Source: Lingula anatina | Taxonomy: Eukaryota; Animalia; Brachiopoda | Reading direction: 5' to 3' | DNA: 64,000 bases | Assembly: GCA_051362555.1 (NCBI GenBank) | Contig: JBPQGU010000016.1 | Location: 1,364,001 to 1,428,000 of the forward strand | Shown here: positions 11,143-21,912 of the stretch, piece by piece | How positions within the stretch are numbered: the stretch's first letter is position 1 | Layout: the number at the start of each line of letters is the position of its first letter | Translations under genes and position numbers: made by a program | The notes under the pieces: generated by a model | What the model saw: the letters and a program-made list of their open reading frames with translations, nothing else | The model's database searches: none | What the model was told of the DNA's origin: nothing

Positions 11143-14100
11143 ATGCTGCACCTTACCCTGTCTGCGCTTTGTCTCTTCTTCCTGTGCGCCTACGGTAAGT
11201 AATTTAGAATTCTTCAGTGCAGTTTTGTGAAAACTTGTGAAGATTATATGACAATTTTATTCCACACAAATGAAGAGTAAGGAATCTGCAATCAGAAATG
11301 AGAAATCGAAAAGAAAAGAAGCCCTAAGGCATTAAAATTTTGGTCTTAATATCAGCCTTGTTTGTTTGCATTTTGATCGTCATAAAAAAATCCTTCGACC
11401 TGAAAATAGACGAAAATCTTTACTTTATTATCTGTTTTATTTTCTGTCTGCCTGTAGATCTCTTTGTCTGACTGTGTGTCTGTCTGTCTGTCTGTGTGTC
11501 TGTCTGTCTGTCTCTTTGGCTGTAGATTTGTCTGTCTCTCTTTTTTTCCTCCGTATGTCTAGTACTCTCTTCCCCCAGAGCAGAGTGACCTGGCAGTCAC
11601 CCTGTGCTTTCTTTTCGTTAGGGCCTGTCGTATAATTTCATTCGCACTGAAATGGACAAAAATCTTTACTTTATTACCTGTCTGTCCGTCTTTTTGTCTC
11701 ACGGGCTGTAGGTCCGTCTGTCTGTCTGTTTGTCCGTCCGCCTGCCTGTCTCTTTGGCTGTATTTCTATTTCTGATCGTTTATCTGCCTGTCTGTCTGTC
11801 TCTTTGGCTTTAGATCTGTCTGTCTGTGTGTCTGTTTAGTATACTGTCACGATTGGTTACTTTTTTGCCTCCAGGTCAGAGTGACCTGACGGTCCAGATA
11901 GGAGAGGGGGCCTCCCAGGACTGTCCCCGTGCCGCGTGGACCACCGCCACATTCAAAATTTTCACCAGGTGAGGAAAAAGCCTTGAAAGAAAACTTGTTA
12001 GATTGTATTGCCTTGACCCCTGAATTTTTAAGAGGTAGCACGATTTTTTTTTTATGTACCAAAAGTTGCGGTTAAATTTGCAGTTCTAAATTCCCTGGGA
12101 AAGAAACTCTTCACAAAGAGAAAAAAGTCACTTTGCAATAACTGCATATATAGAATGTAGTCAGTTTCAGTTTTGAATATAAAGTAGTAGGTATGAAAAT
12201 CCCTAGTAGGGCCAAAGACATACTTCAGCAAATACCTTTACGTATGAACTCTTGTTAACTACGCAATTGTTGGATTAGATATTGTCTTTATAATGCTTTA
12301 TTCAAAATATCGTGTATAACTGTGACCAACCGTGTCCAACAAATGAATCCATGACACAGAATGCATTAAGCGCCCTCAATGAGGTAAAGGAGCCAAGTTT
12401 AAATTCATTACGGTTTAACCCATTCAACATTTACAATACAGCTGCAAATATGAAATATGTCGTTCCATATATATTCAAACCAAAATAGATAAACATTTAT
12501 CAAAGAGACAGTGCCCCCGGTAATCTAAACTGCAGTTTTTATTTCATTAATCAGGACCAACACGAGAGGATCGTGCATAACTCGTAAATCTAGGTCACTC
12601 CAGTCTGCCAAGTTTGATGGTTCCAAGAAGACGTATTTTTTCGCCCACGGTTGGCTGCAATCTGGTACCGATGACTTCAATGGACCGCTGGTGCAGGCCT
12701 TGCTGCGGAAGGTGAGCTGGGAATATTTCAATGACTGTAAAAATTTTCCTGGTTATACTTCGTTGTAGATTCTATGGATAGAGAATAAATAAAAACGATA
12801 AGAAAGAAAGAAAGAAAGAAAGAATGGAATGAATAAAGGACAAAAAAAGAGAAATAGAAAAAAGGCCAGAAAAGGGAAAGATTGGAAGACAAAGATAGAG
12901 TGGATAAAAAAAGGCTAGAAATGGTAGAATGGTAGAAAAAGTAAATAGTGAATAAAAATATATAGACTTAACATGTTTTACCTAACATTTAAAGGCATGG
13001 ATTTCCACCGCTCTTCAGAAGGCCTTCGCCACATTCAACAGTGTTTTCAACTAACTTTATAAAAGAAACAAAGATAACGACTTTCGCCTATTTTTTCCTC
13101 TACACACATATAAACCGTACCATTAACTTTCTTCTCATTATTACTTACAGGAGGACGCCAATGTTATCGTCGTCGACTGGAGCAGCGCATCCCAGAACAT
13201 TAATCTGTTGTATTCCTCGACGTCTGCCCATTTCGTTGGCGGCGAGGTGGCGGGAGTGATTAAATCCATGAACGGCCTCGGTCTGAGTCCAAAGAACACG
13301 AATCTGATTGGCTTCTCTTTGGGGGCCAAGATCATGCAGGTGGCCGGTAACGCCCTCGCCGGTGACGGCAAGAAAGTCGCTAATTTCGTAGGTAAGATTT
13401 TAACAGATAATTATAAGTTTTGGAGCAAAGGAAGATACTGAGTACACTGCATTTCTGATGCAAAGAATTTCCTAATCCTCACGAGGATCTCGGGTGTTTT
13501 TCATTGCCATATTACATACATGTGTAGCGCTACAATGATACGATATATCTATAATTTAAAACCTTTTATTCAAAGAAATTTTGTTTAATTTTCATCTTTA
13601 AGATTTAATTACTTTTATATTGGTTTTCAATGTATCTATGTAGTTTTGGTTTACATGTGTATATACATATGTTAACTGCCCTGAGACGCATGTGTAGCGC
13701 GTTTTTAAAAAATAAATAATAATAATAATAATTATTATTATTTTTACTAATATTATGATTATTATTATTGTACCGATATGACTTCAAATATGTTTCCAGC
13801 CCTGGATCCAGTAGCAGCGTCCTACAAAGGGGCCGCAGACCTGGTACAGGTGGTCCACACTAGCGCCATCTCCCACCTGTCCTCAGGTAAGACAACGCTC
13901 ACCTGTCCTCAGGTAAGATAACGCTCACCTGTCTTCAGGTAAGACAATGCCCACCTGTCCTCAGGTAAGACAACCAACTTGAAGTCAATTTTGCCACAAA
14001 AGCCGATCCAATGCCACCACATAGTTTCAAAGACTTCGTAACTTAGAGAAATATTCAAGAACATCGTTTCATATAACCCGAAATTGATATTTGATATTTA

Positions 14101-14884
14101 CGGCCAGTTAAATATAGTGCTGACCGTTTGATTTTTAGAAAGAGTGAATTTAGCTGTCCAACATGCACAATAGATTTTTTCCCTTAAAAAATAACATATT
14201 CCCGCGATTTCTCGAAAATGTGCTTGAGTCACTCGTGTTGAACAAGATGGTCATTTTTATCGTTGCAGGCGACATAGATATCTTTGTCAACAAGGGATTC
14301 GTCAGTGTCAATCCAGTCAGATCCCACAACGTGGCCATAGATATCTATACCAAGTCGATAGAGGGCGGCTGTGGGTTCTTTGCATGCGCTGAAAATGAGT
14401 GAGTCCTTAGCGTCTAATACTTATACGTTATCTTAAAACGAAGAAATATCCTAAAACGCAGTCAGGTACTAATTACAGCTGTAAAGATGGTTTAAGCTAC
14501 GCTTTGCTTTAAAACTATCAAAAAATCTTCAAAGTCGTTATAAGAAATCTTCAATTATAACTATTTTGTTAATTTACGGCATTTTGAACTGTCAAAAAAA
14601 AAAAAAAAAAAATGAGCAACTCAAATGGGCAACGTTTTGTAACAACTAGTAGTTTCAATTTCAATGGCCACAAATTTTTAGGTCGAACGAATTTTAATTA
14701 TTGTACACATTGAAATCTTGCTGATGACATATTTTTTAATATTCACGTTATTAAAAAATCTTTAATAGTAATAACGGTTCGCTTCAGTTCCAAGTCCTGC
14801 AATCGTCTTGGCTACGGCGTCAGTTCTACAGGTGCGAAGGGCAAGCTGTACATGACAGTGACGAGCGCAGAGAAGTTTTGCTGA
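11143..14884 (+). CDS. Secreted pancreatic-lipase-family protein, copy 2, 285 aa, 7 exons
   Basis: Exons are 11143-11194 (signal peptide), 11875-11968, 12555-12711, 13151-13391, 13800-13886, 14269-14398 and 14788-14884. Exons 3-7 have the same lengths as in copy 1 (157/241/87/130/97). Motifs HGW, GFSLG, LDP, VVHT, SH, LGY, FC*. Confidence 0.9.
13874..13974 (+). repeat. 26-bp tandem repeat x4 spanning the exon 5 splice donor
   Basis: Unit CACCTGTCCTCAGGTAAGACAACGCT at 13874, 13900, 13926 and 13952. Confidence 0.95.
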
Positions 14885-15409
14885 GCTGCGACATAAAAGA
14901 TTATCTTGATTAAAATACCCGATGTAGCAGCCTTGGGATAAAAAGAATTTTGTTCATTTTAAGGAAAAAGACCGAAAACCACCGTATAGGCATTGCACTG
15001 TGCAAAAGCGTTACGGGTATACAGCAACTATAAACGCAGCACAGCGTCTAAATTTATTTTTTGCGATCCTTGCAATAAGACAGAAATTGCTGTTTAATTT
15101 ATGACTTTTTCGTGAATAAAATAAATGAACGTTAGTGATGCATGACTTCGGTTGTTGCTATACTCAGTATGTTGAATATTGTTGTTTGTGGAACATCGCT
15201 TTTTCTAAGTGGGTTCGGCCATATTTACTTGGCGGATCACCTTTTCTAAATGCTATCTAAGACCATCATGCCTTCATGGCATTTCAGATTCTGGCACTTT
15301 TATTCAAAGGGTTTTATTATTTCGTTATGATTGAAATGGGGCCATTCGCAGGATAAATAGGCATGGAGATGCGACTTTGGGAAATGTTCAGACGCGTGCA
15401 GAAAATATT

Positions 15410-15770
15410 AACAAGGCAGCAAAGCTGTCAAATGTACAGACAAAAAACAGGAAATAACTATGCACAAAATAGGCTACTGTCAATTCTGATGCAAAAGTAC
15501 ATTCCTTAAAATGTGTTTACAGTGTTGCATATATGCTGAAAAGTGAAAAAACAGCATAACTTCTACAATAATGGCCCGATCATGCTGATTTTCGAACTTG
15601 ACCTGCGTTTTATGAATATACATCAGCTCTGTAAATATTAAGCCAAAAAGTAAAACTGCCCTCCACAAATCGTGTTTACAATGAAAGTGCACGGCGCCGG
15701 CAACAGCGACAGTGATGGCGACGACAGACACAGGTGATGGCAATATGTACAGACACATCTGTACATATTT
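15410..15770 (+). mobile_element. Helentron-associated (HINE/DINE-like) element, short copy
   Basis: Starts AACAAGG, carries one core unit and a GAC-rich tract, and ends in a partly deleted ATGTACAGACACATCTGTACAT hairpin. Near-identical to 17095-17360. Confidence 0.6.
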
Positions 15771-16007
15771 ACTGTACTGTTTGAGAACAGTAAGTGACAT
15801 GGTTTCTCTTAAATGATCATCATGGGAGCAGTGCCCAAAATAGGTTTTTTTCAAATTTTGATGCAATAATACATAATGTTTAACAGCATAATGACCATCA
15901 ATTTTTAATAATTAAATATTAGTATCATGGATATTCAGAAAATGTGACTAGCAAAGGTCTTCAGGCCCATGGAACTTCAAAGTTACAACTTGAAAATGCC
16001 AAAATGT

Positions 16008-16822
16008 AAACAAGACAGCACTGTTCTGAAATGTTTTTTTTTTTTTTTTTCATTTTTAACAATTTTTTTAAACATAAAACAAAATTAACAGGTTACTGCC
16101 ATTTTTCTACGATCAACTGAGAAAATTGATGAGATGGGAAAAATATCAATAGAATAGTGTTTAATGTCCAATTTCCTCCATTCTAAGATTCTGAACATAG
16201 TGAATGATTGAATCTGACAAACTGCAATGATATGAGTTTATTTCCATTTTTGAAACTTTATTACACAATACACGATAACAAGTTTACCATCATTTTAACA
16301 TATTCAACTAACAATGTTGTAAAGATGCAGGAAATGTCAAACAAACACTTTTACATGTCTTATTAGTTAAATAATGAGACTGTTAACATGCCTAAGAATT
16401 GAATCTGAGGAAATGTGAAACAAGACAGCTCTGTTCTGACATGGGTTTATTTCCATTTTTAACACTTTTTTTAACATAAAACAAAATTAACAGTTTACTG
16501 CAATTTTATATGATCAACTAAGAAAATTGATGAGATGGGAAAAATATCAATAGAATAGTGTTTAATGTCCAATTTCCTCCATTCTGAGATTCTGAACATA
16601 GTGAATGATTGAATCTGACAAACTGCAATGATATGAGTTTATTTCCATTTTTGACACTTTATTACACAATACACGCTAACAAGTTTACCATCATTTTTAC
16701 ATTATCAACTAACAATATTGTAAAGATGCAGGAAATGTCAAACAAACACTTTTACGTATCTTATTAGTTCAGTAATGAGACTGTTAACATTGCCTAAGAG
16801 TTGAATCTGAGGCAATGTGAAA
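16008..16822. repeat. ~405-bp tandem duplication
   Basis: AAACAAGACAGC(A/T)CTGTTCTG at 16008 and 16418, with long near-identical colinear blocks. Confidence 0.85.
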
Positions 16823-17364
16823 AAACAGCTTAACTTCTAAAATAATGCCCCGATTATGCTGATTTTCGAACTCAACCTGCGTTTTAGTAAGATTGACCAC
16901 TCCTGTGAGTTTAATGACAATTGGCCCATCTGTTTTTCTTATATTGTGTTTATGGTGTTGCATATATGCTGAAAAATGAAAAAACAGCATAACTACTAAA
17001 ATAGTGGCCCGATCATGCCGATTTTCGAACTTGAACTGCATTTTAGTAAGATTGATTATTCCTGTGAGTTTCATGACAACAGGCCTAACGGTTTGCCTTA
17101 AAATGTGTTTACAGGGTTGCATATATGCTGAAAAGTGAAAAAACAGCATAACTTATACAATAATGGCCCGATGATGCTGATTTTCTAACTTGACCTGCGT
17201 TTTATGAATATTCATCAGCTCTGTAAATATAAAGCCAAAAAGTAAAACTTCCCTCCACTTATCGTGTTTACAAGGAAAGTGCACGGCGCCGGCGACGGCG
17301 ACGGCGACCACAGACGCAGGTGATGGCAATATGTACAGACACATCTGTGTCTGTACATAAAAAA
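16810..17364 (+). mobile_element. HINE-like element with ~3 core repeats (~140-160 bp) and 3' hairpin
   Basis: Repeated core AAAAAACAGCATAACT...GGCCCGATCATGCTGATTTTCGAACTTGA, a (GGCGAC)n tract, a 14-bp stem TATGTACAGACACA-TC-TGTGTCTGTACATA (17330-17359) and an A run. Confidence 0.7.
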
Positions 17365-18338
17365 TATCAGATTTACTTTACAATAAAGGAAGCATCAAAC
17401 AATTTTAACGTGTTATCAAATACATTTATTAGAACAAGATTAACATTGATAACCATGCATAATCACATTTCAATCAGTTAAAAACACAATTCATCCCCTT
17501 GATTGCCATGCTTTTAATTGTTGACATTACGAGGCCGTATTGGCGATTTTGAAAGTTTACCGGTAATATCATACACGAGCTGGAGTGGAGAGGTACAACA
17601 CCGTCTGAACCAAACCTGTTTATAGACTGCAGGAAAACATCGCCATAAGAGCATTTTCTATCTAGAACATATTTACCAGCAGAACACATTGGGAAAGTTA
17701 CGTAGTACACGAATATAAAACTGCACTTGATCTACTTGAGGTAACACGTAAACTAGGGGAGCACACAGCTGATGAGTTAAGTGTACAAACGGTCTACTTT
17801 CTGAAAATAGTTTTAAAACAGCTTTAGTTAAAAGGTGTTGTATACACCCCCACTCGAAGTATTATTTGGGGCAAGCCTTTTGAATAAAAAAAAAATCTGA
17901 AAAAGCAACTTTAATTATTATACATCTGTGGTCCCCAGAAAACTAAAAATACTTCAGTCCACCAAAAACAGAAAAGATCTCAAGCCTGTGAGTGGTATTT
18001 CATCAAATGCCCTCAGCAAATTATTACAGAGTTATTGGGTCTTAATTCATTCTTGAATATACATATTTAAACAGCACCTTTGTTCTGATTAGTTCTCTCC
18101 ACATTTACAAAACTCACTTCAAAGTAGATTTATAAAGTTGATTTTGATTATGTATTCTGTGTCCAGTGTTGAAAAATCTCACAAACCTTGCTGAAGCCAC
18201 ATAGCAGAATATTAACTAAAAACCCTGACCTTCTAAACTGCTGGGCTCATCTCACATCCCTTGGCATTAAAAAAAAAAAAGATTTAAGGACCCAAGTTTA
18301 AATCTACATCCAGTTAATCTGTGCTAGAAGTTTTCTTA

Positions 18339-19974
18339 TCATCTCCCATTTTTCATCCATGACCAAATTTTCCACACCAAATAAACTGATGCTAAGGAAC
18401 AGTATATGATTTCCCTTTGTACTCGTCTTTGATCGCTGTTTTCCAATTGCATAATTCTCCGAGTTAGCTTTGTCACATGGCGCCGTAAGACTATTCTTTC
18501 ATCTTCTTCTTCAAGCTCCACTAAAGAATCGTTAATACCTCCTGGAGAGTATGGAGGTACTTGAAGAGCGCTGAAGAAAAAAACAGGACAAATATTGAAT
18601 AAAAGATTGAAAAATGTCCTATTGTCTAAATTAAAATGGCAATTTAGATGTAAGGTTACCCGAGATGCATAAAACATTCATTAATCATAAAAGAAACATT
18701 AAAGAAAAAGTAAAATACAACAATAATTTTAACAATCAGTGAATAAAGCTATAGAAAGAACACAAAATCTTGATTTCTAAATTTCAAATAATAATTATAA
18801 TACTACAACTAAGAGTGCATTCCCAGAGATTTAGATCGATCCAGAGATTTAGATCTGGATCGACCTAACTCCCTGGGGGTTCATGCTAAATTGCAGTCAG
18901 CCTAGCGCGCACAACAGTTAATTACCACCTTACAGCTTTTAGTAGGCGGGACAGATGCTTAAGCCGGCTAAGCTGACAGTAATCTAGTGAGACTCCCCAC
19001 AGGGATAGATCGATCTAAAATCTGTGGGAATGGGGTCTAATACTAATAATAACAAAAACTAAAGAAATAAAGGTAAATAATTAAGTAACAACATTCCATT
19101 TGAACACATTTAATTTTTTATCAAATCAAATAAGAGAACACATACAATAATAATAAAAAAAACTAATAAACATCATAAAACACATAATGCCCACTTACTC
19201 CAATGTATGCTGTCCCTGAGCTGACATATCCAACATCAAGGTTGTATTATGTGACCTTGACCCATGATCTCCAGTCCCGCCCTCCTCCCTCTCTTCCTCC
19301 TCCTCCTCCTCAATGATGGGGAACCCGCTTTCCTCCACGGTCAGGACGCGAGGGGGCGTGGTCAGTCCCACGTAATGTGAGGTCTGGTCAGTTTGGGTCA
19401 GCACGTCCAGGTCCAGGGGGCGTGGCTCCTGTTTCATACCTATGTGTTGGTTGTGTCCTGTTTGTACAGGAGAAAAATGTCAAATAATAAAAGAATGAAT
19501 AAATAACAATTCAAGTATGAAAGGATGTCTATCTGTTCACAGGGGTGGATCCAGAGAAATTTTCTGATAGTCTTCCAAATTATCTTTGTTTATCCATCCT
19601 TCAGTTTTGACTGTCTTCAGAAAAAAAAAGCATTATTCCTATCAATGTTAACTATAGTTCTATTCTATGCTGTGCAGTTAAAGCACCACAAATTGACAAG
19701 TGCTACACAGAGATGTAATTTTTGCGATCATAAAAGTATGTATCTGAAAGTTTAATAATTTTGGCACATTGAAAAGATCCAGTAACTACCTTAACCTGCA
19801 AACACCTGAATTTTACCTGCAATGACAATTCTGTCTGGTACTTTCATTGCGTGCCTGACATCTCTGTGGGGGTCCTCGTTGTTCTCTTGGTAAGTAGGGT
19901 ATCCAGACTGAGGCTGCGGGTGCATCTGGATTCTGTCAGGAACCTGTAGGGAATGTTTGTGTGAAAGTAAGTGG

Positions 19975-20036
<62 letters not shown>

Positions 20037-20248
20037 CTGAATTCCCAGAGCTTTTAGATCGACCTATCCCCGCGGGGAGTCTCACTAGATTACTGTCAGA
20101 TAATCCGGCTTAAATGTCCGTCCCGCCTACTACAAGCTGTAAGGGGTAATTAACTTTCGTGTCCGCCCGGCTGACGGCTATTTAGCATGAACCCCCAGGG
20201 AATTAGGTCGATCTAAAGTAGATCGATCTAATCTCTGGAAATGGGGTC

Positions 20249-20287
<39 letters not shown>

Positions 20288-20668
20288 TACTATCATGAAA
20301 ATTTTTTAAGTTTCACTAATATTTGCCAAGATATTAAAAATTTAAACCAGGAATATCTAGTTGACAGCATGCCTTTATTCTAAATTACATGCAGTTTTAG
20401 CCTAAAATTAGGGTTATCATCATAACACTTCAACTGGAAGATTCCTTTTGATACACAACTAAGATAGGTGAATCCTAAAAGGCCCATGGTTTTACCCAAA
20501 TTGATTTTAAATTACTTGTGACACAGAAGTTCAGCGACAAAGTTGATATTTGTAAGGGTTTACCTGCATCTTGTTGCTAATCTCTGCTGTGAACTGAGGG
20601 TCGTATGACAAAGGTGCCTCATCCTCATACTCCGAGGGCATGTGATACTGTGTGCTGGCTGTGGACAT
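18339..20668 (-). CDS. MFF: Mitochondrial fission factor (MFF/Tango11 family), 240 aa, 4 coding exons
   Basis: Exons are 20668-20564, 19943-19817, 19457-19199 and 18570-18339, phase-consistent. Two N-terminal repeats MQVPDRI / MKVPDRIVIAG, TPPRVLT, coiled coil LRRHVTKLTRRIMQLE and a C-terminal TM anchor. Confidence 0.93.
18813..19037 (-). mobile_element. PIF/Harbinger-like MITE family A, copy 1
   Basis: TIRs (G..ATTCCCAGAGATTTAGATCG ... GGGAATGGGGTC) with TAA on both flanks. Opposite orientation to copies 2-4. Confidence 0.8.
20035..20248 (+). mobile_element. MITE family A, copy 2, inserted in a (GA)n microsatellite
   Basis: Same internal sequence (GTCCCGCCTACTACAAGCTGTAAGGGG), flanked by AGA/AGA within a GA run. 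Confidence 0.8.
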
Positions 20669-21559
20669 GGTCACCGGGTTCACTCTGCTGAAAATACAGT
20701 CTATGTGTAGAATAAAACATGTTTAAAATAAGTTATAAGCAGCCTTTTAATGATAGATTCATAATGAAAGATCGCCCAAACTGACTTGAGATTCTTTGTG
20801 ACATGAAAGGCTGGGTCTATACATGTGTCAGTGCTCTGAATTCACTCTGTTGAAGTAGATATGTGTAACCAACGTCATCACTCATGAAACTAATGTTTCG
20901 TGTACAATGTACTACAATACAATTACAGCAGGTATATATAAGCTAGGGACACTGCAATATTGTCCACTTCTTACTCAGCTGATTCTGCATGTGTGTGTAT
21001 TTCAAAACCAATACAGGCTCATACGTGCTTGTGCGATGACTACGCAACCTGATGAGTCAGTGTCACTTATAGTTATGTCTGCTGTTGACTGCATTGGTAG
21101 TCAATAGTTGATATGGTTGACTTCAATCGTTATATTGACTATACTGGCAGTGATAATGGGACAAATAGAATCAGCGTCTTTCACAGTTAAGATGGCTCGT
21201 AAGAACGATGCACCGGTACATCTGCCTTTAAACTGCTTTTCAGAAAACACCGTATATGAAAGCTGCTTCACTTGATGCACGTACGAACTACTGAAAGAAA
21301 CTTTAGTTGTTGTCATTTGCCGTGGACTCGCTCAATGACACAAACTGACACCGACTTCAAGTTCAAGTCTCAACGCCAAGGGTCAACGCAACTTCAAGCA
21401 CGTATTTCAAGACCGACTTAAACCACCAAGTTCCTTGGAGTATGCGGCAGCATTGCTGCTTAAATACCCATTACCTTGTATAGATGTAGTTTCTAAGTGA
21501 TCTTTACTTCATAAATAATGCTGCATTTTAGGGAATTTTTGAGATAATTATTCTTCCTG

Positions 21560-21660
21560 AAGTGAATCTTCCTGTGCACATGAAATGGTGACGTCACAAG
21601 TTTGTGAGTACACACGCGGAAGCGGGAATTGTGAGTTGTTCGACAGTAGCTTGCCTTATT
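21560..21660. promoter_or_regulatory. Putative bidirectional promoter between MFF and REC114
   Basis: Palindromic CRE GTGACGTCAC (21588-21597) and ETS-like CGGAAG (~21617) lie between the divergent genes. Candidate 5'-UTR exon donors at ~21473 (-) and 21828 (+). Confidence 0.5.
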
Positions 21661-21912
21661 TTTTGTTTCTGTAGGGAGCTTTTCAAAATTCAGATAACTA
21701 CCTAGATTAGCTTTTGAAAATTGCATTTGACCTGAAACAATACAAATAGCAATAGCGAGAGATATTGCCTGCAGATGATGTAATTAGCTTGATAAATTAC
21801 ACGTACCCCAGGCCCAGCACCGACCAAGTGAGTCACACATTCGTTTATTTATTGTTTTACATATGTTTATTTACCTAGAGACCTGTGCATCCATTTCCCA
21901 TTGGGAAGTGGC

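Noticed and set aside
13874-13974. CRISPR-like short direct repeats
   Set aside because: The units are contiguous with no unique spacers, the context is a eukaryotic intron, and there are no cas genes.
15480-17344. ORFs of 128, 121 and 63 aa with repeated peptide
   Set aside because: They are translations of the HINE core repeat, not a gene.
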